Shown here in pieces: positions 9,912 through 23,328 of a DNA stretch of 64,000 nt. The stretch's first letter is position 1. Each line of letters begins with the position of its first letter. A program made the translations under genes and the position numbers. Under the pieces are notes generated by a model. It was not told the DNA's origin. It was given only the letters and a program-made list of their open reading frames with translations, and did no database searches. The stretch comes from an uncultured bacterium (GTDB taxonomy: Bacteria; Bacillota_I; Bacilli_A; RFN20; CAG-826), in assembly GCA_949292105.1 (NCBI GenBank), contig CASEYK010000016.1, positions 9,256 through 73,255 of the forward strand, given 5' to 3'.

Positions 9912-9950
9912 TGGGTGTTGTCCTTGCTAACCACCCAATCAAACAAGGAG
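9912..9950 (+). ncRNA. preQ1-I riboswitch (translational) upstream of queT
   Basis: H-type pseudoknot: P1 TGGGTG/CACCCA, P2 TCCTTG/CAAGGA covering SD AAGGAG, candidate ligand-pairing C9931 just before P1 3' strand, A-rich L3; queT context. Confidence 0.85.
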
Positions 9951-9957
9951 AATAAAA

Positions 9958-10458
9958 ATGAACAACAAATTAACGCAGTCAATCGCCGCTAACGGAATTA
10001 TTGCTGCTCTATATGTCATCTTGACTTTGATAACCTACCCCATATCTTTTGAAGGTATTCAATTTCGCTTTGCAGAGATTTTGGTTTTACTTACTTTTTT
10101 TCGCAAAGACTATACTTTTGGAATTTGTTTAGGATGTGCTCTTGCTAACATCGCATCTCCACTTGGTTTCTTCGATGTTTTATTTGGCACTTTAGCCACC
10201 CTTTTATCTTGTGTGTGTATTTTCTTTTGTAAGCATCTTTTACTAGCTGTTATTTTTCCAGTTATTTTTAATGGTGTTATTGTTGGGCTTGAACTTTATT
10301 GGCTAATAAATGAACCTTTATTTATCTCGATGCTTTCTGTCGCACTCGGTGAACTTGTTGTAATGATTGTTGGCTACTTTATTTTCTTTTCGTTTAGAAA
10401 GCGACCTCAAGTACTGAAGAGTATCGGTGCGCTCCAAAATATTGATTTTAAGTTTTAA
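9958..10458 (+). CDS. queT: QueT queuosine-precursor transporter (ECF S-component type)
   Basis: IAALYVILT..PISF.GIQFRFAE, GCALANI.SPLG..DV.FGTLAT; riboswitch and tgt context. Confidence 0.9.
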   Translation: MNNKLTQSIAANGIIAALYVILTLITYPISFEGIQFRFAEILVLLTFFRKDYTFGICLGCALANIASPLGFFDVLFGTLATLLSCVCIFFCKHLLLAVIFPVIFNGVIVGLELYWLINEPLFISMLSVALGELVVMIVGYFIFFSFRKRPQVLKSIGALQNIDFKF

Positions 10459-10521
10459 TCGCTTTTGTTATACATCTTTGTCAAACGCCTTTATAATAGT
10501 TAAAGAAAGTGAGACAAATTT

Positions 10522-12973
<2,452 letters not shown>

Positions 12974-12974
<1 letters not shown>

Positions 12975-14011
12975 TGGATATTAAACTCTTTGACTTTGAC
13001 CTGCCAGAAGAACTTATTGCTCAATCTCCATCAGAAATTCGAGATCATTCCCGTCTTTTAGTCGTTAATAAAAAAGATAAAACCTATGTTGATCAGCATT
13101 TCTTTAATATTATCGATTATTTGCAACCGGGTGATGTGCTTGTTCGAAACAACACTAAGGTTATTCCAGCTCGCTTGCTTGGAATAAAAAAAGAAACAGG
13201 CGCTCATATTGAATTACTTCTTTTACATCAAATTGAAGGAAGTCAAGATGAATGGGAGTGTATGAGTAAACCTGCTAAATCCATTAAAGTTGGAACTGAA
13301 ATTTATTTTGGCGAAAATAATGAACTTAAAGGAATCTGTCTTGGAATTAAAGACGAAGGAATAAGAATCATTAAATTTGAATATGATGGAATTTTTCTTG
13401 AGATATTAGATAAATTAGGCAAAATGCCTCTTCCACCTTACATTAAAAAACAAGTTGGCGATAAAAATCGTTATCAGACAGTGTACGCGCAAGTTGAAGG
13501 CAGTGCAGCAGCTCCAACTGCTGGATTTCATTTCACTCCAGAATTGCTCAAGCGAATTGAAGAAAAAGGAATTGAAATTATTGATATTACTCTTCACATC
13601 GGCTTAGGTACTTTTAGACCAGTAAAAGTTGATAAAGTCGAAGACCATCACATGCATGAAGAAGAATATGAAATAAGTGAAAAAGCTGCGCAAAGAATTA
13701 ACCTCGCTTTGGCTGAACATAGAAGAATAATTGCGGTGGGTACAACAGCGATTAGAACGCTTGAAGCTAATTTCAACAAGTATCATAAAATAGTGGCGAG
13801 CAAAGAGAAAACGAATATCTTTATTAAGCCGGGCTATGAATTTAAAGTTGTCAAAGCCGTTATTACAAATTTTCATCTTCCTAAATCGACACTGATTATG
13901 CTTGTCAGCGCTTTTATGGGTCGAGAATTTACTCTTGAAGTTTACCGCCATGCAGTAGAAGTAAAATATCGCTTTTTTTCTTTCGGCGATGCAATGTTTA
14001 TTTATGAATAA
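12974..14011 (+). CDS. queA: S-adenosylmethionine:tRNA ribosyltransferase-isomerase
   Basis: FDFDLPEELIAQ, PLPPYI, AAPTAGFHF, TNFHLPKSTL, FFSFGDAM. Confidence 0.97.
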
Positions 14012-14636
14012 CAATGTAAATTATCAAAAAACTCTTTATAAAACCCTTGAAAATATCAAAAATGATGGCAAAAAGCCAAAATTATTGCTCCATGTTTGTT
14101 GTGGACCGTGCTTTAGTGTTCCTTTTGATATACTCAAAGATTTTTTCGATATTACTATTATTTATAACAACTCAAATATTTATCCAGAAGAAGAATTTTA
14201 TCGACGAAAAAACGAACTAAAAAAATATCTTCATCTCATTGGGCGAGATGAGATTGAAATTGTTGAAGTCAAATATAATCCACAAGAATTTTTATGTTAT
14301 ATCAAAGGTCACGAGAGCGATAAAGAAGGCCACGAAAGATGTCGACTTTGCTTTCGTTATAGATTAACCTACGGATATCAATATGCACAAGACCATAATT
14401 TTGATTATTTTGGTACAGTTATGAGTATATCCCGATATAAAAATGCTCAAGACATAAACGCGATTGGGTTGGATTTGGAAAAAGAATTTCCTAACGTTAA
14501 ATGGCTTTGTGCGGATTTTAAAAAGAATAATGGTTACGAAAAAGAACTCGTCATCTGTCGGCAGTTTAACTTGTATTTTCAAGAGTATTGTGGTTGTCAG
14601 TTCTCGTATGAAAATTTCTTAAAAAAACATCAATAA
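14004..14636 (+). CDS. queH: Epoxyqueuosine reductase QueH (DUF208)
   Basis: LLLHVCCGPC, RCRLC, QEYCGC; start reassigned to ATG 14004 overlapping the queA stop. Confidence 0.92.
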   Translation: MNNNVNYQKTLYKTLENIKNDGKKPKLLLHVCCGPCFSVPFDILKDFFDITIIYNNSNIYPEEEFYRRKNELKKYLHLIGRDEIEIVEVKYNPQEFLCYIKGHESDKEGHERCRLCFRYRLTYGYQYAQDHNFDYFGTVMSISRYKNAQDINAIGLDLEKEFPNVKWLCADFKKNNGYEKELVICRQFNLYFQEYCGCQFSYENFLKKHQ

Positions 14637-14662
14637 TTTATCTTTTTTTCGTCGATTAGTTT

Positions 14663-14692
14663 GTCCAATCATAAGCATTGATTGGGCTTTTT
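14663..14692 (+). terminator. Intrinsic terminator after queH
   Basis: GTCCAATCA/TGATTGGGC stem plus TTTTT. Confidence 0.75.
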
Positions 14693-14713
14693 CTTATTTT
14701 TTATAAAAAGTTA

Positions 14714-14743
14714 TTGACATGCACGCGTAAAGAGGGGTATATT
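14714..14743 (+). promoter_or_regulatory. S10 operon sigma-A promoter
   Basis: TTGACA-18 bp-TATATT. Confidence 0.7.
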
Positions 14744-14756
14744 CTAAACGTTGACT

Positions 14757-14833
14757 GCTCGCGTTGATGTGCGAGGTTGCGGATACACCCACAGGCGTTG
14801 TCATGAAGGTATATTCGGGAATTCTCACTGAGC
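14757..14833 (+). ncRNA. Firmicutes-type S10 (rpsJ) leader RNA
   Basis: GATGTGCGAGGTTGCGGATACACCC...GTCATG...TTCTCAC resembles the Bacillus rpsJ leader as I recall it; closing GCTC/GAGC stem. Confidence 0.7.
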
Positions 14834-14872
14834 GGACAAGTCAAGCCTGAAGTGATATTAGGAGGAAAGTTC

Positions 14873-15184
14873 ATGGCAAAAACAACAAAGATTCGGGTTC
14901 GCCTCAAAGCATACGATGCCGCTAACCTTGATGCTAGCGCAAAAAAGATCGTTGATGCTGCGGTGAAAACAAATGCTGGGGTCGTGGGACCAATTCCGCT
15001 CCCGACGGAAAAACAAGTATTCACAATCTTGAGAGCTGTTCACAAATACAAAGATTCTCGTGAACAATTCGAAATTAGAACCCACAAAAGAATTATCGAT
15101 ATTGTCAATCCAAGCAAAGGAACAATCGACGCACTAAAAAATCTCGATTTACCTTCAGGAGTTGATATCGAAATCAAACTATAA
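14873..15184 (+). CDS. rpsJ: 30S ribosomal protein S10
   Basis: [30 protein letters not shown]; SD AGGAGG supports start 14873. Confidence 0.98.
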   Translation: MAKTTKIRVRLKAYDAANLDASAKKIVDAAVKTNAGVVGPIPLPTEKQVFTILRAVHKYKDSREQFEIRTHKRIIDIVNPSKGTIDALKNLDLPSGVDIEIKL

Positions 15185-15198
15185 GGAGGTAAGACACA

Positions 15199-15930
15199 AT
15201 GAAAGCAATATTAGGTCGTCAAATGGGCATGACCCAAGTCTTCGCTGAAGATGGCACCATGTATCCTGTGACAGTCGTTGAAGTCTTGCCAAATGTTGTC
15301 ACTCAAGTTAAGACGCTTGAGAAAGATGGTTATGTAGCTGTTCAAGTCGGCTATGAAGACATGAAAGAAAGCCGTGCTAATAAATGTGAAAAAGGCATTG
15401 CCAAGAAGGCTGGTACCAATCCTCACAAAATCAGTGCTGAATTACGAGGAGATGAAATGGCCAATTACAAATTAGGCGATAAAATCACCGTCGATATGTT
15501 CAAAGCTGGTGATGTCGTCGATGTTATTGGAACAAGCAAAGGCAAAGGCTATGCTGGTACAATCAAGCGCTGGCATATGACCATCGGTCCAAAAGGTCAT
15601 GGTTCAGGTTATCACCGCGGACAAGGCTCATTCTCCAATAATGGGCGTTGCAATAACCGCGTTATTCCTGGTAAACACATGTCTGGACATCATGGCAACA
15701 AGTCGGCAACAATCTTAAATCTCGTTGTGATTAAAGTTGATGTCGAAAGAAATGCCATTCTCATCAAAGGTGGACTTCCTGGTCCGAGAAAGTCAATTGT
15801 GACAATCAGAAGTGCAATCAAGGCTCAAAAAGGCAAGCCAGTCGTTAAGACGCTCATCGATCGCACACCTGTTATGGAAGCGGCTGCTCCAGAAGTTACA
15901 AGTACACCTGTTGAAGAAAAAGCCGAATAA
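15199..15930 (+). CDS. rplC: 50S ribosomal protein L3 (C-terminal extension)
   Basis: GMTQVF, DVIGTSKGKG; operon position. Confidence 0.97.
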   Translation: MKAILGRQMGMTQVFAEDGTMYPVTVVEVLPNVVTQVKTLEKDGYVAVQVGYEDMKESRANKCEKGIAKKAGTNPHKISAELRGDEMANYKLGDKITVDMFKAGDVVDVIGTSKGKGYAGTIKRWHMTIGPKGHGSGYHRGQGSFSNNGRCNNRVIPGKHMSGHHGNKSATILNLVVIKVDVERNAILIKGGLPGPRKSIVTIRSAIKAQKGKPVVKTLIDRTPVMEAAAPEVTSTPVEEKAE

Positions 15931-15951
15931 GACGAAAGGAGTTAATTAATT

Positions 15952-16593
15952 ATGGCAGAAAAGAAAAATGTCAGCGTCAAAGTAATGAACATGGCTGGCG
16001 AAGAAGTATCCAAATTAAATTTAAGCGCTTCCGTCTTCGGTATTGAACCGCATCAACAAGCTCTCTTCGATGCCGTTCAAGTTGAACAAAGCAATGCGCG
16101 TCAAGCGACTGCTAAAACCAAAAAGAGACATGAGGTGAGCGGTGGTGGTAAAAAACCATGGCGTCAAAAAGGAACCGGACGCGCTCGTGCTGGTAGCACA
16201 AGAAGCCCAATCTGGGTCGGAGGCGGTAATGTCTTTGGGCCAGATGGCACACAAAATTTCAAGATTTCTCAAAACAAAAAAGAGTATCGTTTGGCTAAAA
16301 AGAGTGCTCTCTCACTCGCTGTTAAAGAAAATAAATTAACAGTTGTCGATGAAATTAAGTTTGCTGAAAAGAAAACAAAAGCATTTGTCGCTATGTTAGA
16401 TGCTCTTAAAGCCGGCAGCAAAGTGCTTGTCGTCGTCGATGAAATCGATGAAGCAATGTTTGCCTCAGCAAGAAACCTTGCTTGGGTCAAATTAGTTACT
16501 TCAGACAATGTCAGCGTTGTTGACTTGCTCAATGTCGATACCCTCGTCATGAGCCAAACAGCCGCTAAATCTATTGAGGAGGCATTAAAGTAA
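15952..16593 (+). CDS. rplD: 50S ribosomal protein L4
   Basis: SGGGKKPWRQKGTGRARAGS. Confidence 0.98.
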   Translation: MAEKKNVSVKVMNMAGEEVSKLNLSASVFGIEPHQQALFDAVQVEQSNARQATAKTKKRHEVSGGGKKPWRQKGTGRARAGSTRSPIWVGGGNVFGPDGTQNFKISQNKKEYRLAKKSALSLAVKENKLTVVDEIKFAEKKTKAFVAMLDALKAGSKVLVVVDEIDEAMFASARNLAWVKLVTSDNVSVVDLLNVDTLVMSQTAAKSIEEALK

Positions 16594-16594
16594 T

Positions 16595-16939
16595 ATGGCA
16601 CGCAAAGCAAAAAAACAAAGCGCAACAACTGAACGCTTCCCAAAAGCGACAGAAAAAGATTACGCCGTGATTGATAAACCAGTCATCACTGAAAAAACCA
16701 TGGCGTTAATGCAAAACGAAAACAAAGTCACCATTAAAGTTAATAAAAATTCTAACAAGACAGAAATCAAACTTGCCTTTGAAAGAATTTTCCAAGTCAA
16801 AGTTGTCGATGTCAAAGTTAGCAATGTGGCGGCTAAATCCCTAACAAGAGGAACAAGATATAAAGGAACCTTGCCGGGATATAAGAAAGCGATTGTCACT
16901 ATCGCCAGTGGTGAAGCAATCGACTTATTCAAAGAATAA
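16595..16939 (+). CDS. rplW: 50S ribosomal protein L23 (N-terminal extension)
   Basis: PVITEK, NKTEIK, YKKAIVT. Confidence 0.95.
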   Translation: MARKAKKQSATTERFPKATEKDYAVIDKPVITEKTMALMQNENKVTIKVNKNSNKTEIKLAFERIFQVKVVDVKVSNVAAKSLTRGTRYKGTLPGYKKAIVTIASGEAIDLFKE

Positions 16940-16966
16940 CGAAAGATAAATATAGGAGGAAATGAA

Positions 16967-17800
16967 ATGTCTATCAGAAGTTATAAACCAACTTCTCCAT
17001 CACGTCGTAATATGACCAATTCGACATTCGAAGAAATTACGACCGCTACTCCTGAGAAAAGCTTATTAGTCAGTTTGACCAAAACAGGCGGAAGAAACAA
17101 CCAAGGCATTATTACTACTCGCCATATTGGTGGTGGCCATAAACGCAAATACCGCATTGTTGACTTCAAACGCGATAAAGATAATATCCCAGCGACGGTC
17201 AAAACAATCGAATATGATCCAAATCGTAATGCAAACATTTGTTTGCTCTCATACGCCGACGGAGAGAAAAGATACATTCTCGCCCCAAAGGGTTTGAATG
17301 TCGGTAGCAAAGTTGTGTCTGGAGATGCATGTGACATTCTTGTTGGCAATGCAATGCAACTAAAAAATATTCCAGAAGGTACATTCATTCATAATGTTGA
17401 ATTAAAACCTGGTAAAGGTGGACAAATGTGCCGTGCTGCTGGGACGAGTGCTCAAGTGCTCGGTCTCGAAGGCAAATATGCCATCATTCGTCTCGCTTCT
17501 GGCGAAGTGAGAAAAGTCGTTAGCACCTGCCGTGCTACAATCGGTATTGTCGGCAACGAAGATTATAACCTTATCAATCTCGGCAAAGCCGGTAAGACCA
17601 GATGGAAGGGCGAAAGACCAACCGTTCGTGGTTCGGTCATGAATCCTAATGATCACCCACACGGTGGTGGTGAGGGTAAAGCCCCAGTCGGCCGCGATGC
17701 TCCAAGAACCCCATGGGGCAAGAGAGCTCTCGGTGTGAAGACAAGAAATAGTAAGAAAGCGTCCGGCAAATTAATCGTCCGTCGCCGCAACGCGAAATAG
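16967..17800 (+). CDS. rplB: 50S ribosomal protein L2
   Basis: [29 protein letters not shown]. Confidence 0.99.
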   Translation: MSIRSYKPTSPSRRNMTNSTFEEITTATPEKSLLVSLTKTGGRNNQGIITTRHIGGGHKRKYRIVDFKRDKDNIPATVKTIEYDPNRNANICLLSYADGEKRYILAPKGLNVGSKVVSGDACDILVGNAMQLKNIPEGTFIHNVELKPGKGGQMCRAAGTSAQVLGLEGKYAIIRLASGEVRKVVSTCRATIGIVGNEDYNLINLGKAGKTRWKGERPTVRGSVMNPNDHPHGGGEGKAPVGRDAPRTPWGKRALGVKTRNSKKASGKLIVRRRNAK

Positions 17801-17819
17801 GTAAAAGGAGGAAAAAATA

Positions 17820-18113
17820 ATGGCACGTAGTTTGAAAAAAGGTGCATTCGTCGATGAATATCTTCTCAAAAAAGTCGAAGCACTCAATGAAAGCGGTAAA
17901 AAAGAGATCATTAAGACATGGTCGCGCCGCTCAACCATTTACCCAGCATTTGTGGGCCACACCTTTGCCGTCTATAACGGAAAAGAACATATCTCTGTTT
18001 ATGTCACCGATGATATGGTTGGACATAAACTCGGCGAATTCTCACCGACCAGAAAATATACAGGACACACTGGCCATACCGCTGAAGATAAAGCGGCTGC
18101 GGCTGGTAAATAA
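17820..18113 (+). CDS. rpsS: 30S ribosomal protein S19
   Basis: [26 protein letters not shown]. Confidence 0.98.
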   Translation: MARSLKKGAFVDEYLLKKVEALNESGKKEIIKTWSRRSTIYPAFVGHTFAVYNGKEHISVYVTDDMVGHKLGEFSPTRKYTGHTGHTAEDKAAAAGK

Positions 18114-18124
18114 TGGAGGTCAAT

Positions 18125-18631
18125 ATGGCAGAAAAGAAAACGAAAAAAGTCGCTGACAAAACTGAAAAAGTTGTAGAAGAAACAACCCCAGTCGAAACAG
18201 CTGCTCCTGCTGAAGAAACTGCTCCAAAAGCTAAAAAAGCAAAAAAGGAAAAACCTGTCAAAGCAGTCGAGCCAAAAAAACCTTCTAAACCGATGCCGAC
18301 TGAAGCTCGTGCGATTGCAACTAATGTTCGCATTACCCCGCGCAAAGCTCGACTCGTCATCGATCTCGTCCGAGGTAAGAGTGTTAAGGAAGCATTAGGT
18401 ATCCTTCACAATGTCAATCGCGCTGCTAGCGAACCAGTCATGAAAGTGATTAAATCCGCTACTGCCAACGCGACAAACAACTTCGGAATGGATGAAAATA
18501 GTCTTTACATCGATACCATCTATGCCAACGATGGCCTTAAGATGAAAAGATATATGCCAAGAGCAAAAGGTTCTGCTTCTGGCTTAGTAAAAAGAACCTG
18601 CCACATCACCGTGGTAGTCAAGATGAGATAG
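18125..18631 (+). CDS. rplV: 50S ribosomal protein L22 with long Lys/Glu/Ala/Pro-rich N-terminal extension
   Basis: VRITPRKARLV, PRAKGSA, KRTCHITV; SD GGAGG supports start 18125. Confidence 0.96.
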   Translation: MAEKKTKKVADKTEKVVEETTPVETAAPAEETAPKAKKAKKEKPVKAVEPKKPSKPMPTEARAIATNVRITPRKARLVIDLVRGKSVKEALGILHNVNRAASEPVMKVIKSATANATNNFGMDENSLYIDTIYANDGLKMKRYMPRAKGSASGLVKRTCHITVVVKMR

Positions 18632-18644
18632 GAGGAAAGAATCA

Positions 18645-19334
18645 ATGGGTCAAAAAGTTAATCCAGTCGGCATGCGCATTGGAATCAACCGCAATTGGAA
18701 TTCGCGTTGGTATGCTGATGACAAAGAATATCATGTCTATCTCAATCAAGACATTAAAATTCGTCAATATTTGACAAAAAATCTTAAAGAGGCACTTCTC
18801 TCGCATGTTGAGATTGAAAGAACCAAGACTGACAAAGGTCAAAAAGTAGTAGTTTACATCTTTGTCGCTCGTCCAGGTGTTGTCCTCGGTCAAGATGGCA
18901 AAAACATCTTAAAATTAAAGAAAGACTTATCTAAATTTGTTGGCGGTGCCAATTTAAGACTTGATGTCGTCGAAGTTAAATCTCCAGATTTGGATGCGAA
19001 CTTAGTCGCTCAAAGCATTGCCAAACAATTAGAAGAAAGAGCAAGTTTTAGAACCGCTCAGAAAAAGACCATTCAAAAAGTACGAAAAGCCGGCGCTAAA
19101 GGCTGCCGTACAGTCGTCAGTGGTCGTCTAGGCGGAGCTGATATCGCTCGTAGCGAAGGCTATAAAGAAGGCATTATTCCTCTTCATACTCTCCGCAGCG
19201 ACATCGACTACGCTGTTGCTGAAGCTGCTACTACATACGGACGCTTAGGCGTTAAAGTGTGGATCTGCCGCGGTGAAATTAGAAAAGAAAAAGCTGCTCC
19301 TAAAACTGAAGTCTCTGAAGCGAAAGGAGAATAA
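18645..19334 (+). CDS. rpsC: 30S ribosomal protein S3
   Basis: [26 protein letters not shown]. Confidence 0.98.
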   Translation: MGQKVNPVGMRIGINRNWNSRWYADDKEYHVYLNQDIKIRQYLTKNLKEALLSHVEIERTKTDKGQKVVVYIFVARPGVVLGQDGKNILKLKKDLSKFVGGANLRLDVVEVKSPDLDANLVAQSIAKQLEERASFRTAQKKTIQKVRKAGAKGCRTVVSGRLGGADIARSEGYKEGIIPLHTLRSDIDYAVAEAATTYGRLGVKVWICRGEIRKEKAAPKTEVSEAKGE

Positions 19335-19336
19335 TC

Positions 19337-19750
19337 ATGTTAGAACCAAAAAGAACAAAATATCGCCGTCCACATATTATTAAATATGAAGGACATTCAA
19401 AGGGCGGAACTGAAGTCACTTTTGGCGATTATGGTCTCCAAGCTCTTGAAGGAAATTGGGTCAGCGCTCGTCAAATTGAAGCTGCCCGTATCGTCTTGGC
19501 TCGATACACAAAAAGAAGTGGTAAGATTTGGATTCGTATCTTCCCACATTTAGCCAAAACTAAAAAGGCTGCCGGAACTCGTATGGGTTCAGGAAAAGGT
19601 GGTCCAGAATTATGGGTCGCCGTTGTCAAAACAGGCCGCGTTATGTTTGAAATCGGCGGAGTCCCAGATGCTGATGCAATAGAAGCATTAAGACTTGCCG
19701 CTTACAAATTGCCACTTAAATGTAAAGTGGTGAAGAAAGGAGAAAAGTAG
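19337..19750 (+). CDS. rplP: 50S ribosomal protein L16
   Basis: [24 protein letters not shown]. Confidence 0.98.
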   Translation: MLEPKRTKYRRPHIIKYEGHSKGGTEVTFGDYGLQALEGNWVSARQIEAARIVLARYTKRSGKIWIRIFPHLAKTKKAAGTRMGSGKGGPELWVAVVKTGRVMFEIGGVPDADAIEALRLAAYKLPLKCKVVKKGEK

Positions 19751-19752
19751 AG

Positions 19753-19950
19753 ATGAAAATTTCTGAAGTCCGCGATATGAGTACGAGTGAACTTAACGAA
19801 AAACTCTACTCTCTCAAAGAACAACTCTTCGAGTTAAGACGTAAAAAAGCTGTTGGAGCTCTCGAAAGAGGTGAAGATGTCATTACTGTGAGAAAAGACA
19901 TCGCCCGTATCAATATGGTTATTCGCGAGCGCGAATTACAAGGAAAATAA
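19753..19950 (+). CDS. rpmC: 50S ribosomal protein L29
   Basis: LFELR, VRKDIARI; operon position. Confidence 0.95.
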   Translation: MKISEVRDMSTSELNEKLYSLKEQLFELRRKKAVGALERGEDVITVRKDIARINMVIRERELQGK

Positions 19951-19958
19951 GGAGATAA

Positions 19959-20339
19959 ATGGTTATGGAAAGAAATAATGTATCCAGACGAACAATTCAA
20001 GGTGTCGTCGTTCAAAACAAAAATGACAAGACCATCGTCGTCCTTGTTGAAACTCACAAAAAACACGCTAAATACGGCAAGCGCGTTAAATATAGTAAAA
20101 AATATTATGCCCATGATGAGAAAAATGAATGTAAAGTCGGAGATACCGTCACAATCATGGAAACTCGTCCTCTCAGCGCATTAAAAAGATTTAGACTCGT
20201 CTCAATCGATAAACACGCTGAATTGAGCGTAAAAGAAGCCGAAGCTGAATTAAAAGAAGAAATCTTAACTGGCGAAGTTGAAGAGACAGCTACCAGTGAA
20301 GAGACCGCCGAAAAAGAAGCAAAGGAGGAAAATGAATAA
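19959..20339 (+). CDS. rpsQ: 30S ribosomal protein S17 with acidic C-terminal extension (start may be 19965)
   Basis: [20 protein letters not shown]. Confidence 0.96.
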   Translation: MVMERNNVSRRTIQGVVVQNKNDKTIVVLVETHKKHAKYGKRVKYSKKYYAHDEKNECKVGDTVTIMETRPLSALKRFRLVSIDKHAELSVKEAEAELKEEILTGEVEETATSEETAEKEAKEENE

Positions 20340-20713
20340 TGATTCAAAACGAAACAAATCTTGTTGTTGCCGATAATTCCGGAGCAAGAAAAGTTCGCGC
20401 CTTCCGCCTCTACGGTGGTTCAAACCGCAAATCTTCATCCGTCGGCGACATTATCTTATGTGCCGTTAAAGACGCCATCCCAAACGCAAAAGTGAAAAAA
20501 GGCGATGTCGTCAAATGCGTCATCGTTCGCACTAAAAAGGCCATCAATCGTCCAGATGGTTCAACCATTCGTTTTGATGATAACGCTGTTGTTGTTATTA
20601 ATGATGATTGTGCACCAGTTGGAACTCGTGTTTTTGGACCAGTAGCCCGCGAACTCAGAGAGCAAGGAGATAAATTCATGAAAATTGTCTCATTAGCTCT
20701 AGAAGTGTTATAA
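20339..20713 (+). CDS. rplN: 50S ribosomal protein L14
   Basis: [27 protein letters not shown]. Confidence 0.98.
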   Translation: MIQNETNLVVADNSGARKVRAFRLYGGSNRKSSSVGDIILCAVKDAIPNAKVKKGDVVKCVIVRTKKAINRPDGSTIRFDDNAVVVINDDCAPVGTRVFGPVARELREQGDKFMKIVSLALEVL

Positions 20714-20725
20714 GGAGGAAAAACG

Positions 20726-21031
20726 ATGAATCTAGTTAAAGGTGATAAAGTCATCGTTATCGCTGGGCGCGATAAAGGTAAAGTCGGAATCATTCAAAAA
20801 GTTGATCCGAAATCTAATCGCGTGGTAGTGGAAAACGTCAATGTCCGTAAAAAACACAAAAAACCAACTCAACAAAATCCTGAAGGAACAATTATGGAAG
20901 TCTATGCACCAATTGATGCATCAAATGTCATGATTGTCGATCCAAAAACAAAAAAACCAACTCGTATCGCTCATAAAGAAGTGAAAGGCAAAAAGGTTCG
21001 CGTGACGAAAGCCAGCGGATCAGTATTATAA
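20726..21031 (+). CDS. rplX: 50S ribosomal protein L24
   Basis: KOW motif [22 protein letters not shown]. Confidence 0.97.
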   Translation: MNLVKGDKVIVIAGRDKGKVGIIQKVDPKSNRVVVENVNVRKKHKKPTQQNPEGTIMEVYAPIDASNVMIVDPKTKKPTRIAHKEVKGKKVRVTKASGSVL

Positions 21032-21044
21032 GGAGGATAGAACA

Positions 21045-21761
21045 ATGGCTGAAGAAGTTAAAAAGAAAACGACAAGTACAGCGAAGAAAACCTCCGGTAC
21101 AACTGCTAAAAAAGCGAGCACAACAGCGAAAAAGACCGCTGCTGTAAAAGAAGAAGCGCCAAAAGCTGAAACAAAAAAAGTTGAAAAGAAAACAACCTCA
21201 GCACACAAAGTGAGCGCTTATATCCCTCGCGTTAGAGCTCATTATGAAAGCGAAGTAAGAAAAGCATTGTTAGAGAAATATCAATATTCATCTCCGATGC
21301 AAATTCCTGCTCTTGAGAAAATCGTCATCAATATCGGTGTTGGCGACGCTGTCTCGGATGCAAAAAGATTGGAAGATTCAGTCAATGAATTAGCCATCAT
21401 CACTGGTCAAAAACCAGTTGTGACACGCGCTAAAAAGTCTGTTGCTTCCTTCAAATTGCGTGAAGGCCAAGCTATTGGATGCAAAGTCACGCTTCGCGGA
21501 ACAAGAATGTATGAATTCTTTGATAAATTAGTCAGTATCGCGCTCCCACGCGTTCGTGACTTCCGCGGCGTAAGTAAAAACGCATTCGATGGTCGTGGTA
21601 ATTACACGCTTGGTATTAAAGAACAACTTATCTTCCCTGAAATTGATTACGATAAGGTTCATAAAGTGCGCGGTATGGATGTGGTCATCGTTACTACCGC
21701 TCAAACAGATGAAGAGGCATTCACATTACTACAACTTCTCGGAATGCCCTTCCACAGATAA
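21045..21761 (+). CDS. rplE: 50S ribosomal protein L5 with Lys/Thr/Ala-rich N-terminal extension
   Basis: [31 protein letters not shown]. Confidence 0.97.
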   Translation: MAEEVKKKTTSTAKKTSGTTAKKASTTAKKTAAVKEEAPKAETKKVEKKTTSAHKVSAYIPRVRAHYESEVRKALLEKYQYSSPMQIPALEKIVINIGVGDAVSDAKRLEDSVNELAIITGQKPVVTRAKKSVASFKLREGQAIGCKVTLRGTRMYEFFDKLVSIALPRVRDFRGVSKNAFDGRGNYTLGIKEQLIFPEIDYDKVHKVRGMDVVIVTTAQTDEEAFTLLQLLGMPFHR

Positions 21762-21781
21762 GAAAGGAGTCCTAAAACTAA

Positions 21782-21967
21782 ATGGCTAAAACAAGTGCAA
21801 AGGTCCGCTGCGCGAGACCAAAAAAGTACAAAGTTCAAGAATATACACGCTGTGAACGTTGCGGACGTCCTCACGCTGTCTATTCAAAATTTCATCTCTG
21901 CCGTATTTGCCTTCGCGAATTAGCGTACAAAGGCGAAATTCCCGGCATGAAAAAATCATCTTGGTAA
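21782..21967 (+). CDS. rpsZ: 30S ribosomal protein S14, Zn-binding (type Z)
   Basis: 61 aa, RCERCGRP...LCRICLRE. Confidence 0.97.
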   Translation: MAKTSAKVRCARPKKYKVQEYTRCERCGRPHAVYSKFHLCRICLRELAYKGEIPGMKKSSW

Positions 21968-21985
21968 TAAGGAGGAAAAACGATT

Positions 21986-22378
21986 ATGATGTCAGATCCA
22001 ATTGCTGATATGCTCACACGCATCCGCAATGCAAATGCTCTCAAATATGAAACAGTTTCTATTCCTTCATCTAAGATGAAAGTTGAAATCGCAAAAATCT
22101 TAAAAGAAGAAGGATTTATCAGTGAATATAAAGTGAAAGGCGATGTCAAAAAAGAATTGATTATCACCCTTCGCTATACAGCCGATGGCACAAGAGTTAT
22201 TTCTGGTTTAAAACGCATTTCTAAACCAGGCTTACGCGTTAATGTCGGTGCTGATAAACTTCCTCGAGTTCTCAAAGGTTTAGGTATTGCTATCATTTCT
22301 ACCTCACAAGGTGTTATGAGCGATGCAAAGGCCCGTAAACTCGGCGTTGGTGGCGAAGTGCTCGCCTATATTTGGTAG
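21986..22378 (+). CDS. rpsH: 30S ribosomal protein S8
   Basis: [26 protein letters not shown]. Confidence 0.98.
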   Translation: MMSDPIADMLTRIRNANALKYETVSIPSSKMKVEIAKILKEEGFISEYKVKGDVKKELIITLRYTADGTRVISGLKRISKPGLRVNVGADKLPRVLKGLGIAIISTSQGVMSDAKARKLGVGGEVLAYIW

Positions 22379-22389
22379 GAGGTTAAAAT

Positions 22390-22941
22390 ATGTCTCGTAT
22401 TGGTAATAAACATATTATTCTTCCTGAAAATGTTACATTGACTGTCGAAGGTTCTAAAGCAATTGTCAAAGGTCCAAAAGGTACCCTTGAAGTAGCAATC
22501 AATTCCGGCATCGATGTTCACATTGATGATCGAACAGTGACCTTTACTCGTCGCAACGAACTCAAACAAACCAAACAAAATCATGGCACAACCCGTGCCA
22601 ATGTTCACAACGCCGTTGTCGGTGTCAGCGAAGGATACAAAAAAGAATTAGAAATGAAAGGTATTGGTTATAAAGCCCAAATGCAAGGCGAAAATGTCGT
22701 CTTATGGGCTGGATATAGCCATACTGTGACCATCACTCCGAATGAAGGAGTAAAAATTTCTTGCCCAAGCGCTACAGAAATCGTAGTAGAAGGTATTTCC
22801 AAGCAAGCTGTTGGTCAAACAGCGGCTCGCATTCGCGAAGTACGCCCACCTGAACCATATCTTGGTAAAGGTATTCGCTACAAAACAGAAGTTGTTCACA
22901 CCAAAGAAGGTAAACGTGCTTCTGCTGGCGGTAAGAAATAG
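22390..22941 (+). CDS. rplF: 50S ribosomal protein L6
   Basis: MSRIG, RPPEPYLGKGIRY. Confidence 0.98.
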   Translation: MSRIGNKHIILPENVTLTVEGSKAIVKGPKGTLEVAINSGIDVHIDDRTVTFTRRNELKQTKQNHGTTRANVHNAVVGVSEGYKKELEMKGIGYKAQMQGENVVLWAGYSHTVTITPNEGVKISCPSATEIVVEGISKQAVGQTAARIREVRPPEPYLGKGIRYKTEVVHTKEGKRASAGGKK

Positions 22942-22958
22942 AAAGGCGGAGTTAATCT

Positions 22959-23315
22959 ATGATTAAGAAAGAATCAAAAAATATTTCTCGTTTGAGACGA
23001 CATGCTCGTATTAGAGAAAAAATCAGTGGTACTGCAAGTTGCCCAAGACTCTGCCTCTACCGTTCAAATAAAAACATTGAAGCTCAATTAATCGACGATG
23101 TGAAAGGCGTCACTCTCGTCGCTTCATCTTCAATGAGTTTAAAACTCGAAAATGGCAGCAACATTGAAGCTGCTGCTAAAGTTGGCGAAGATATTGCTAA
23201 AAAAGCCTTGGCAAAAGGTATTAAAGCTGTTGTCTTCGATCGTTCTGGCTATCTCTATCACGGCCGCGTTAAAGCTTTGGCTGAAGCTGCTCGTGAAGCT
23301 GGCTTAAAATTCTAA
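22959..23315 (+). CDS. rplR: 50S ribosomal protein L18
   Basis: [21 protein letters not shown]. Confidence 0.98.
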   Translation: MIKKESKNISRLRRHARIREKISGTASCPRLCLYRSNKNIEAQLIDDVKGVTLVASSSMSLKLENGSNIEAAAKVGEDIAKKALAKGIKAVVFDRSGYLYHGRVKALAEAAREAGLKF

Positions 23316-23328
23316 GGAGGATGAAATA

